In this document: positions 31,199-42,696 of the stretch, one piece after another
Position numbering within the stretch: the stretch's first letter is position 1
Layout of the letters: each line of letters opens with the position of its first letter
Assembly (NCBI GenBank): GCA_964016885.1
Contig: OZ024743.1
Coordinates: 348,440,001 to 348,504,000 of the forward strand
Length of the DNA stretch: 64,000 nucleotides
Reading direction: 5' to 3'
Source: Eledone cirrhosa
Taxonomy: Eukaryota
Notes under the pieces: generated by a model
Seen by the model: only the letters and a program-made list of their open reading frames with translations
Told to the model about the DNA's origin: nothing
Databases searched by the model: none
Made by a program: the position numbers and the translations under genes

Positions 31199-31804
31199 AA
31201 ATGAAGAATTAGAAATAGAAGCCAGGAATATCCGTCATCAGTGGTCTACTAGCCGTTTTTCATTCATATATGCTTTCCCCTTCATTGTGACCTGTCTTTT
31301 TTTCTTCCCTTAATACTATCCTCTTTCTCTCTCTACCCCTTCTCTCTCCTTCTCCCTCTTACTTTCACTCTCGTCCTCTGCTGGTCACCCTCTCTCGGCT
31401 CGCCTCTTCCTCACACTTTCACTCACTCAGTCTCTGCTACTCACCCTCTCTCTCACATCCACCATCGTCCCACACCGTACGAAATAATTTCCTCGCTCAC
31501 ATTCGCACGGCCAAGATGTGTCTTTGCCTTCTCGTCAATATTCGCAAGTTCTTATGTTCAAAATTAATTATTGACTAGATTTTCTCATGTTTTACTCTCT
31601 TTACTTTACCTCACCATTCGTGTTTGTTTACCTGTCTCTCTTTCTCCACCCAACTCTTTTTATCCCAATAACTTAATTTAGTTATTGTATCGCCCTACCT
31701 GCCCTACCTTGAGGTATATGGAGTGTAATACGAAGAAATACCTATGATGGCTAGTAGACCACTGATGACGGATTCTCCTGTCTTCTATGTCTAATTCTTC
31801 ATTT
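31199..31804. repeat. ~56-bp inverted repeats around a CT-rich spacer, each arm carrying a CTGATGA box
   Basis: 31199-31254 is the reverse complement of 31749-31804 with a few mismatches; (TA)n tracts lie on either side. Confidence 0.8.
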
Positions 31805-31805
31805 A

Positions 31806-31913
<108 letters not shown>

Positions 31914-32122
31914 GATAACAAGTTATCGTTTTACGGTAATCCAATTAGAGGTTGTGAGTACTCTGTACTATGGATAGTCTTAACGTAACCGTATTTTTTC
32001 TTTTTTTTATCATTTTTAGTGTTTTATTTATTTTTTATTATATTTTTTATTGTTGTTATTGTTTTCATTCACTTGATTCTCCGATGTATCTATAAATACC
32101 AGTGCCATGTGTTACATCATTA

Positions 32123-32235
32123 AGTATTCCGATGAGTTGATCAGAGGCACACACTGTATTTAAGGTCGAGTGACGCAATTTCGAGTGATCAGCAGCCTTT
32201 AGATTCACATTGTCAATGAAACAATTGTTAGTATT
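32123..32235 (+). ncRNA. Type I hammerhead motif, CCGAUGA core with long stem II insertion
   Basis: AGTATT-CCGATGA-GTTGAT-(~70 nt)-GTCAAT-GAAAC-AATT-GT-T-AGTATT, followed by AATAAA and (TA)n. Confidence 0.6.
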
Positions 32236-32281
32236 GTAAATAAAACCCTTTTTACAGCAGACCATGGTATTCTTCACTCTT

Positions 32282-32344
<63 letters not shown>

Positions 32345-32346
<2 letters not shown>

Positions 32347-32742
32347 AAATCGTCTCCGTTGAACCGGTACGTACTCACACTCTATGCAAATTAGTCTGCC
32401 CACTACTAATTTTCAAAGAAAAAGCATATAACGATATGTGCTTTTACGATTCTCCAGAAAGGCCGGTAGATAGGTAAATATTGCTGATGAGTTGTAACAA
32501 CAACGAAACTAGTTCAATATTCCTTGTCTGGCTTTCTGGAGAATAGAGGAAAGGTGTTTCCTCAAAAACGAGTATGACTCTAAAAACCGGTTTGTCTGTG
32601 TGTATACAGAATAGCTGGATACTCACAGTAAAGTAACCAGTGAAAGACTTGGTACATCTACATATGTATACGTGTGTGTATTCATATGCATACTAGTATT
32701 TCAGTATACATATATGGATGTACATTTTTAACTTAATTGTTT
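32345..32742 (+). mobile_element. Solo copy of the non-coding HHR repeat, embedded in (TA)n
   Basis: Near-identical to the reverse complement of 7789-8181; (TA)n directly on both sides. Confidence 0.9.
32477..32521 (+). ncRNA. Minimal type I hammerhead ribozyme, intact core
   Basis: AATATTGCTGATGAGTTGTAACAACAACGAAACTAGTTCAATATT, identical to the copy at 8009-8053. Confidence 0.9.
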
Positions 32743-33112
32743 ATATATATATATATATATATATATACAGACAGAGAGAAAGAGAGAGTTAATAAGACAG
32801 AGAGCAAAAGAGTGCTCTTGTTAATTCAGGGGTAGCCCCACAATGAATAAAGTACTCAATACATAAGTCGATTCAAACAATTTAATGTAAAAATGGCTTC
32901 TACTGGACTATATCTGTTTCATTCCTATAAAATCATCAGGACCATTCCTAATGCTTTCATATAAATGAAACAGTTGTATACTGTATATAAATATATATAT
33001 GACGATGGTAATAACTTTCAAAATATATAGCTAAAGGCCTTCAAATATATTTCATAAACATCCCGTGTATTATTCAATAAACAATACGTACATTTATAAG
33101 TAGGAGCACCAA

Positions 33113-33162
<50 letters not shown>

Positions 33163-33202
33163 ATATATATATAGGTGGAGCGGCCTGTGTGTGTGGGAAG
33201 TT

Positions 33203-33234
<32 letters not shown>

Positions 33235-33664
33235 AATTTACATATATAATATGTACGTGTGTGTGTGTAAATATTTGTCGTTTTATTTATATTGATATGT
33301 AAATAATACTATAATTTTTTGCAAGATTGCCTTGTAATCCTATCTTTTAAAATAAGCTGTTTATCATAAATAATTGGTGTTATTAAAGCTTCTCTGCATT
33401 ACTTCTATAGCTGAGAGGTGTAACGGGAGACTGCGGGATTCTGAAACAGTTTAATTTCATCTTTTATCCCTTTCCTTTTGAGATTTATGTCAATTAATCG
33501 CCTAGCTTGTTCGCTCTTAACTTTTACTGTCAGAGTAGACTGGCAATTTACGTACGAGTTTTTAATAATTTTATGTTTCTGTTTTTTGTGCGTGTTTTCG
33601 TTTCACAGTTTAATCTCAAAAGAAACCAAATGATATATGAAATAATAATAATTTTTTTTGCTAC

Positions 33665-33884
33665 TTTTGGCACAGGGTCAGCAATTTGAAGGGGAGGGGA
33701 AAGTCGATTGAATCGATGCCAGTGCATTAGTAGTGTATTAGTAGTGCTTTATTTTATTGACCCCATAAGGATGAAAGGCAAAGCTAAATTCGGCGGGATT
33801 TGAACTCAGAACATAAAGCGCCGTAACTCTATGCTGGAAAGCATGGTGTCCGACGTTCCAACGACACTGCCAATCCACCGCCCT
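33665..33884 (-). mobile_element. OK-type octopus tRNA-derived SINE
   Basis: Minus strand GGCGGTGGATTGGCAG...GTTCTGAGTTCAAATCCCGCCG...TTTGCCTTTCATCCTTATGGGGTC. Confidence 0.85.
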
Positions 33885-33889
33885 TAATC

Positions 33890-35640
33890 AGAACGAGTGC
33901 ATGCAAAACAGTTTCCTCGCTCTCTGCGATTCTCGGACTGGCCCGTTCGACAGCACTTCTATGGCTGTAGAATTTATGACGAACCGACAGTGCCCACGAT
34001 ATCAGCTAATTCGTTCTCGACTACATCCATAGCACCCCCGACAAAGTCGACAACATTTTCCACCAGTAATTTCCTAAAGATTATTAATACAGAACTTTCG
34101 CCGAGTGCAATTACTGTCATACTGGACAGCAGTTCCACTAGGGATAGAACCACGGAAAAGAGCGTCTGAGAAAAGGCAAACACACATGTTCACCGTCGAG
34201 GAATTTCTGCAAATACTGCAGGCTCGGCGCACGTTTATGCAGCAACAGTCGTAGCATGCTGGGTATCTCGGTAAGTGGTGGCAACATTCTGATCATTGGG
34301 ATCCGTCATTTCCACAAGATGTGGAAGAGAAAACGCTCCGATCTACACAAGCGAGGACAGGAAGAGTGCACGATGGCCAGACGGTAAATGACGACGAAAA
34401 CTATATACAATTTGCTACATCTGCCCAACTTATAAGTGGTAGTTTCCTCTCGGCCCATTCATATCGGACCTGCCATCATGATCGTAACCTCCTCACAGTA
34501 CCTATCCATATGGATGACCTGACCGAAATCAGACTTCAAGTAGTTTAACCCATCCGTCGGTTCAGCGCCTTACAATACTGATTGACGAACTAGAGCTGCC
34601 TCTCCTGGATCCTAATCGCAAGCCCACCTGTTGTTCTTTGCACCTGGCCCCACCTCATATTCTTTTAGAGCAAGGCTGACCAATTACACTTCCTGGTTAT
34701 GAGACACATTTACATTGACGTCATCTTCATATACTGACATTGCATCCTGCACATTTTTTGGAAAGGGGCACTACTCAAGAGTAGCTCAATAACCACCACA
34801 TTGAGTAGACGTGGGGGATGACATTCCTGACAAACGAGGTGGCCGTTTCCATTACCACCTGCAGCTACGTTGTTGACTCTGTCAATTTCTTTCTATTGAT
34901 CCAAGTTCATCAAAGTTCCATCAAAGCCAGGTTCATTCCTGACCTTCTATGTGACCTGCATCAAGCCTTTCACATTAAAGTCCCAAACTATCTCCGTCCC
35001 GTTGTTCGTCACGAAAAGGTGAGCAATGCGCTGCTGGAAAGCTGCACACATCTGCTGAGAATTCATCATCTCTGCCCATCCGACTTCGTCAAAGGCTGTA
35101 CCCTGTGGGCTAACCCCTTTGAATTTTAACGTGTGTCGAAAATGCAAGTACAATCCCATATAAGAAGTAAAGAGAAAACGATTCCATGAAATCTAGAAAA
35201 TTAAAGAAGACCAGTCGTCTTTCCACGGTCGGTACATAGAAGGCCACTACTCTGAAAGTTCTGATTTCCCCGCTATATCGTCGGTAACTTAATATCCAGC
35301 TTTTCAGAAACAACACTGCTGCATCGTCACCCGAACCAGACAGGTCAGAAGTTAAATACACTTCACCCTTGCATATATTTTTTTTGTCACTGGCCTTCTG
35401 TCGTACTCTTATCGACAAGGTTTTCTACAGTACATCAGATCATTTAATGTTCAAGGAACTTGAGGTGGCCTGTGCGACTTGGTCTCACATCAGTGGATTT
35501 TTAATTTACCCAACACAATTGGGACTTGCAATTCAATGTGACAAATATTCAGACAATCTTTCACATTTGCTTCAACTGCATCAATATAGCATGTTTCTGG
35601 ATCCGCAAGCAAGACAGTTTCCGTTGCGAATCTGATCAGC
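33890..35640 (-). mobile_element. Highly decayed Tx1/L1-like LINE remnant
   Basis: FRVVAFYVPTVERR and EVGWAEMMNSQQMCAAFQQRIAHLF parallel FRLVAAYAP and EPKQMCEAFQRHFSRLF of the 8507-12640 element. Confidence 0.7.
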
Positions 35641-36940
35641 TACCATGCGATGCCTCTCTCAAAGGGATTACTATGTAGCTATTGGCCTCCCGTTGCACCT
35701 CAAGTCGGTAGGGTTAGATAGAGAGGATAGCAAAACACCAGATATCAGAGTAATGTTCCCATTCCGTGTTTATAACCCTTCATCGTGTCTGGCATTCAGC
35801 AATTCTTTTTCCAGCAGTAGTCTGTTAAACTGAGCAACAAACCCATGTTTTGTCGCCCAATAAGTTATTGAAGTATTAACCGCTTGCCGATCCGATTATC
35901 ATTGAGTATATAGTGGTAGAGATTTCTGCTATTCTGGGTCGGGAAATACCCACCCTACTCGCTGTTATCTGGTACGGATTTGGCCAAGCGCAGGAGTGAG
36001 TCGCGTGAGTTGAAATGTCCCTTTTAACGCTTCTACCTCGGTATACACCCGAGGTCACGCTTTCTTTATTCTGTCCGTTGAGACCATGCGTTGGCATACT
36101 TTGGAGTGGTTGAGCGAACGAATGTGTGAGGTAGTGATAACTTTTCATCGATTGTTTCCTGCTGATAGAGTTGGCCTCTTCTAGATACGCACATACTTGC
36201 ATTTCCTTGTTGCTAATGTTGTGTCCTAACATTATTGGTCCCATCTGGACCAATGTATGATTGAACTTAAATTCATGGACGAAGCACGATTTTCCTTAGT
36301 ACATACCCTTCTAATGGTCACTATCTGGAACCTTCAAAATATGTACAAATCTCCTAAGATTCATAGGATGAACGATTCAACAAGTGAAGACGAAAAGTTT
36401 CTTTTCCTTACAACCTTGCCGCCAAGACGTTGGCCGGTCAAAAATAAATGCGAAATTTAGAAAAAGACAGATACATGGAAACGTACAGATATACACACAT
36501 ACACTTCTGTCTTCTTCCCCTAATTTTCTCTTTATATATCACGAGAATGAGGAAGAGTGAAAAAGGGAGAGGCGGGGGAGGGAGGGAGGGAGGGATAATT
36601 AGATAGTTAACTTGATGGTTAGATAGATGGTTAGATAGATGGATAGATAAATCATTTCTATTCCGTTATCTCAACAGAAATTTCTACGAGAAAATTAATT
36701 CCTCGACAGAAGTGTCCCACATGTTGTTAAGAAGTTTAGGATCAAGTTACCATGTCGTGTTGGCGGTGTAGGTCTTGACCTGGTGCCGTTCATAGCAACC
36801 TTCAACACTCATAAACATATACAAACGCAGCACATATTGACACACACAAATGAATACAGACCAATACATATATACATATATACACACGCGCGCATACATA
36901 CATATACACAAACACCGACTTGCTCTTTCAGTACAATTAA

Positions 36941-36959
36941 TAGCAGCAACAGCAGCAAC

Positions 36960-37035
<76 letters not shown>

Positions 37036-37128
37036 ATAGGAGGTGGAGTAGGAGGTGACGGTAGCGGAGCGGCAACAGCAGCAGAAGCAGTACCAGCACC
37101 AGCAGCCACAGTAGTAGTAGTAGCGGTA

Positions 37129-37184
<56 letters not shown>
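36941..37184. repeat. Compound (GTA)n/(GCA)n trinucleotide repeat
   Basis: Two (GTA)n tracts flank a degenerate GCA/GGA triplet stretch. Confidence 0.95.
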
Positions 37185-37608
37185 TTTGTCATTTATTTTT
37201 CGTTTTTGTTGTTGGTTTTCAATGTTTTGATGTAGTTCCACTTAGTCTCATTTGATAGCATGTGAGTAGTTGTCTTTGATAGTTAATGGGGCGTTTGATA
37301 GACTGCTAAGGTTTAGGGCCACCCCAAAAAGAGTATTGAAAGAGTGGAAGAGGAAAAGCTAAAGGAAAAGTTGAAGGGTGGTAAAAGAAAAGAAGAAGAA
37401 ATGGAGGTCTAAATAAATTGCAAGAATGAACTAAGTAAAAAGAGATTGAAAATTTAGTTACATGAGATAAAAGATTAGATATCTGGGTATTGGGATAAAA
37501 AGATGTATTCATATAAATAAGGTGAAACTTTGATAAATAGAAGATAGACGAATTGAAAGATAAATATATGGCAAGATGGAGGAATTGACGTATGCATATG
37601 TATGTGTG

Positions 37609-37647
<39 letters not shown>

Positions 37648-37696
37648 GTGTGTGTGTGTGTGTGCAAGCGCGCGTGTGCATGTGTGTATGTATGTC

Positions 37697-37738
<42 letters not shown>

Positions 37739-37881
37739 CGTTTATGCATACGTGTTGATACGCAGCTTTTTCCGTTCAATGGGTTTATAAGCCCCTTTAT
37801 TTACATTATTTTATTCAGTCAAATGTTATGGTGAAGACTTCTATTTCTATTTGAATTTTCAAAACATCGTTGGCTGCTTTC

Positions 37882-37940
<59 letters not shown>

Positions 37941-38388
37941 GTGTATGTATATCATCATCATCATCGTTTAACATCCATCTTCCACGCTTGCATGGGTTTG
38001 GACGGGAGTTTTCCCACTTGAGGCAAGAGTGGTTGTCTCGCTCGCAAAGGACTGTCTGGTGGGTTTTCTACGGCTGGATGCCCTTCCTAACACCAACCAC
38101 GTTTACAGTGTGGACTGGGAGGTTTTTACCGTGTTGCCTACACGGCCACATTACAGCGTGGACTGTGTGTGTTTTTGTCGTGACACCTACACGACCTCAT
38201 TTGTTTCGGACTGGATGCTGTGGTACCAACATAACTTTACATTGAAAAGGGTGGTGTGGATGGGTTGAGGGTAGTGGGATGGGGGTGTATTTTGTTAGAG
38301 GTGCCTACTGACTGTAGTAGGTTTCACTTTGTACTTAGGTAAGGCGGGTCTTTTGTATTACTGTGTAGCGCCAAAGATCTCGGTTCAG

Positions 38389-41300
38389 TTACATTGTCTT
38401 GGAGAGGTGTAAGTGTGTGAGGTCGGAATTTATCAAGTCGTCCCAGGTTTTTCTGGATCTGCCTACTCCGTGGCTACCGTCTATTTTTATTGCCCTGCAC
38501 TTTTTTATACAGCTGTCTTTCATGTGCATCACGTGACCATACCAACGTAGTCTTCTCTCGAGTAAACAACATCTGATCCCTCTTATTTCTAATTTTTCCC
38601 TTAGTTCGTTTATGCTTTGCCGTTCACGTATATTACTATTACACATCCAGTCTGCGTATATCCTCTGCACACAATGCCCAGGTCTCACTGCCATGTAACA
38701 TTGCTGTTCGTATGCAGGCATCATACAGCCTGCCTTTCATTTTTAGAGAGAACCCTTTAGCGGCTAATAGTTGTATAAGCTCTCTGAACTTTTTCCATCC
38801 AGTTCTGACTCTAGCTACTGTACTTTCAGAGCACCCTCCACCACTGCTGATTTTGTCACCCAAGTAACGGAAGGTGTCCACTATTTCTATAGAACCATCT
38901 GTGCAATGGAATGAGCTAGTATTCTGTGGGCACTTGCTGCTACATATTGCACCAGAGCACCGGCCACATATAAAATCTATGTTCTTAGTTAGCTTACCTG
39001 TGATCCCACTACATCTTTTATGCACCCATACTTTGCATTTGGGACATAAAATAGAGTTTCTACCTACTCCTTTCCTACACACTGAGCATGGCCATTTCCC
39101 AGATGGGACCGGTGCCCTATTTTCCTTCCTACAAACTAGAACTTTAGTCTTAGACAGGTTAATTTTAAGTCCTTTTGATTCAAGGCAATGCTTCCATGTT
39201 TGGAATTTCTTCTCTAGTTCGGCCATTGATTCAGCTATGAGCGTTAGATCATCTGCATATAGGAGTTCCCATGGGCAGCCAGTCTTGAACTCCACTGTTA
39301 TAGCCTGAAGGGCAATAATAAATAGTAGGGGGCTAAGAACGGAGCCCTCATGAACACCAACTTTTACGCTAAACTCTTCACTATATTCGTTGTTAATTCT
39401 AACCTTGCTGACTGTTTCTTTATACATGGCTTGTATAGCTCTCACAAGCCATTCATCAACACCTAGTTTTCTAAGAGCCCACCAGATAATGGAACGGGGG
39501 ACTCTGTCGAAGGCTTTCTCCAAGTCGACAAAAGCTAAGTATAGAGGTTTAATTTTAGCTAGGTACTTCTCCTGTAGTTGTCGTACAATGAAAAGAGCGT
39601 CTGTGGTACTTATACCTGACACAAACCCGAACTGCATTTCATCTAGATCAATTCTCTCTCTGATTAGTTGCGCTATTACTTTTTCTGTGATCTTCATGAC
39701 CTGGTCGATTAATTTAATGCCTCTATAGTTACTCATATCTAGGGCATCTCCTTTACCCTTGTAGCAGTTAATGATGCTGCTGCTACGCCAGTCCTTCGGA
39801 ACAACTCCATTCTGTATGACTTGGTTTACTATCCGGGTGACCATGGTGTGTCCCACCGTTCCAGAAGCTTTCAGCATTTCAGCAACTATTTCCGAAGGCC
39901 CAGCCGCCTTACCCATCTTCATATCTTTGATTGCCTTATTTATTATACTACCTTCGACTAACACTGCTGGTCCCTCTATTGGATCGATGTTGGGGAGACT
40001 GTCTTTCTCCCAATTATTCTCCTCATTTAGTAGCCTTTCTTAGTGACACTTCCAAGCTACCTTCTTATCAGCGTCAGTGATGGCAAGTACACCATCATCA
40101 TTAAGGACACACTTCTCCACGACCATATCACGGTTTTCCTTGACACATTGCCTAGCAATCCTGAACACCTCACGTTTTTGGTCTTCGCGTTGTAGAACAT
40201 GCTTGAACTTTCTTTCCTCTGCTTCCCTTCTTGCGAAGTACACTTGTCTCCTAGCTTCCCTCCTGGCCACTTGAAAGTCTTCTCTACTTCCCCCATCCAG
40301 CCATACTTTACAAGCCTGCTTTTTGGCCTTAATTGACTCCTCCACCTTACTGCTCCAACACCATGTTACTCTCCTCCTGCCTATAGGCCTGCTCCAGCCA
40401 CAGACTTCGTCTGCCGCCATCAGCAGGTTTGCTTTCAGGAATTCCCACTGTTCCTCTATATTGTACGACTCTAAATGCTCTTCCTTACTGTCGAAAGCAT
40501 CACGTACTATGCTTTTAAATTCATTTCTGGCTGTGGGGTCCTTTAGCTTCCATATTTTTCTCCTGAGGATAATCCTCTGCTGTTGTCGAGTACGTCTCGT
40601 CCTGACTATGAGGTCGCTAATTATCAGTCTATGTTGGGAGGTGCATTCTTCATGGGGGAGGGATTTAGTGCTTACAACAGTCACTCTGTCACGTCTTCTT
40701 GTATAGATATAATCTACCTGGCTGTTATGTTCCCCTGATCTGTAGGTGATCAAGTGATTGTCTCGTTTTTTGAAGTTAGTGTTACAGATAGTTAGGTTAT
40801 TTGCGTCACAGAATTCCAGGATTCTGGAGCCTTCCTCATTTCTAGTACCAAACCATAGCCTCCGTGGATTCCGTCATAGCCGTCACAATGTTGTCCAACT
40901 TGACCATTTAGGTCGCCAGCAATAATTATATAGTCACTGTCGATTATTTGGGAGGTAGTGAGCATCAGTGTCTCATAGAATCTGTCTTTTATAGCGCCAG
41001 GCAGTCCGGATTGGGGTGCGTACGCAGATATTACTGTCACAGTAGTTCTATTTAGAACAAGTCTTATTTTAATTATTCTGTCATTCACTTTATTTACGTC
41101 TATTATCTTATCCACCCATTTTTCTGCTAACATGATTCCTACCCCACCCAGCCCAATGTCATTTCCCACCCAGAAAAGCTTATAGCATCGTTTTTTACCC
41201 ACAATGAATCTAGCAGACCCACCCCTCCACCTGGTCTCTTGGATACAGCAAACATCGACCTCCTTACGTTCAACTATTTCTACAACCTCGTTAGAGCGGC

Positions 41301-41487
41301 CTTTTAAGGTGCCTACATTCATGGTACCAACTCTGAAGTTTTGGATTGCGTTTGGTGGGTGGGGCGCAGGGAGGGGTGAGGGGGATGGGGTTGGGGTTAT
41401 GTTGGCCATCCGCGGCCGAAACAAAGCGGAGGAGAGCTTGCCCTTTCGTCCGGCAGCATGAGGTGAATTTGTCATTATCTTTGGCAT
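38389..41487 (-). pseudogene. RTE polyprotein (APE endonuclease, RT, PHD-like finger), about three lesions
   Basis: FRVGTMNVGTLKGRS, CCIQETRW, IIIAGDLNG, SQVDYI, SQHRLI, NYRGIKL, AFVDLEKAFDRVPR, GSVLSPLLF, LLYADDL, FRYLGD, RLRWYGHV. Frameshift near 40850, TAA at 40040, lesion near 38650. Confidence 0.95.
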
Positions 41488-41652
41488 TGTCTTCGAGTGT
41501 CTAGATTCTTCAGACTCTCCAGAAATTCCTTAGTCCATCCATCATATCGAAAAGCAACCAGGAGAAGTGATAGCATAGGCCGTTGACTTATGATTGGTCC
41601 AAATAATAATGGTGGAGAGTGGGGGCGGGCGGGAGGGGTATGTGGTAGTTAG

Positions 41653-41770
41653 CGAGGAGAAGATTATTTAGAACAGTAAGGAGTAGATTATTTAGAACAA
41701 GCGAGGAGAAGATTATTTAGAACATGCGAGAAGATTATTTAGAACAGTCAGACAGAATTATAGAATAGCA
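41653..41770. repeat. ~22-bp tandem repeat (GAGGAGAAGATTATTTAGAACA, 4-5 copies) in the RTE 5' region
   Basis: Repeated AGATTATTTAGAACA units. Confidence 0.85.
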
Positions 41771-42280
41771 GTTAAGAAGTAGGATTTGGATTCTCGGCGA
41801 TTATACAGATATATGGATGAATGAACCGAAGGGTGGGGAGGCAAGAAGAAAATTGTATTTTTACATTTCATTTCGTAGAAGTGGACTGGCCATTAATAAG
41901 AGTTGACAAATTCTGAGATTCGTACCTCGTAACAGGTTTATTTATATTTGGTGCGAGTAGGGAGTGAGCGAGCGAGAGAGAGAGAGGGACCAACAGGCAC
42001 GTATATGATAGAGAGAAGGTGGGGGTGATAGCGATTTAGAGGGCCGAGTGAAGCCATTTTTATGAATCATGGAAACATTTTTTTTTTTTATATATATTTT
42101 TTATATATATTTTTTATATATATATTTATATATATATATATATATGCAGACGTTATATTTAATTTGTTGGCATTCAAAAAGCTTAAACATTTGTATAACT
42201 GATATAAAGCACTCAACAACTTAGTGAAGTAAATACACAATATATTAATAAATGGAAACTATATTTATAAAACCATATTT

Positions 42281-42345
42281 ATTTTATTATATATATTTCA
42301 AGGGCAACCAAGGCAAATTATGGTGCGCTTTCATCAAATAAAATA
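42281..42345 (-). ncRNA. Type I hammerhead motif (UUGAUGA variant)
   Basis: Minus strand TATTTTAT-TTGATGA-AAGCGCA...TGCCCTT-GAAA-TATATA-TA-ATAA...; homologous to 45792-45857 and 62472-62536. Confidence 0.6.
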
Positions 42346-42511
42346 CAGATTTTTTTTATAAATAAATATTGACATACCCGGGGAAAAAAAATAAAAAATA
42401 AAAAATCAAAATTAAGATTAAAATTTGCCTTAATATTAAAGATTTAATTTAATATTATTAAAAATTAAAAATAGAAGTAGTTATATTATATTAAGATGTA
42501 TTAGTAATAAT

Positions 42512-42696
42512 TGTTTCTACTTTAGGCACAAGGCCAGCAATTACCCAGTGCATTACTGGTACTTTATTTTATCGACCCCGTAAGGATGAAAGGCAAAGTC
42601 AACCTTGGCGGGATTTGAACTCAGATCGTAAAGGGACGTAACTATGCTGGAAAGCATGGCGTCCGACCCTCTACCGATTCTGCCAATCCACCGCCC
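42512..42696 (-). mobile_element. OK-type SINE within the left inverted arm
   Basis: Full head GGCGGTGGATTGGCAGAATCGG...GAGTTCAAATCCCGCC; duplicated GATGTATTAGTAATAAT on both sides resembles a target-site duplication. Confidence 0.88.

Larger units (their letters stand above)
37950..41800 (-). mobile_element. Nearly full-length RTE-clade LINE with (GAT)n tail
   Basis: Single APE-RT coding region in four pieces; 3' UTR with GGTGTTAGGAAGGGCATCCAGCCGTAGAAAACC and a (GAT)n tail at ~37951-37965; ~22-bp tandem repeats upstream of the ORF. Confidence 0.95.

Noticed and set aside
35650-36460. FMDEARF (Tc1/IS630-like) motif, or a decayed Gypsy pol on the minus strand
   Set aside because: Only isolated short motifs with conflicting orientation; probably an old TE remnant but not assignable by eye.
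36747-37241. 164-aa Thr/Ala/Pro-rich ORF resembling a mucin or transcription-factor tract
   Set aside because: It is explained by (GTA)n repeats open in several frames; no splice or domain evidence.
41653-41770. CRISPR-like short direct repeats
   Set aside because: No unique spacers of regular length, no cas genes and a eukaryotic context; this is a LINE 5' minisatellite.
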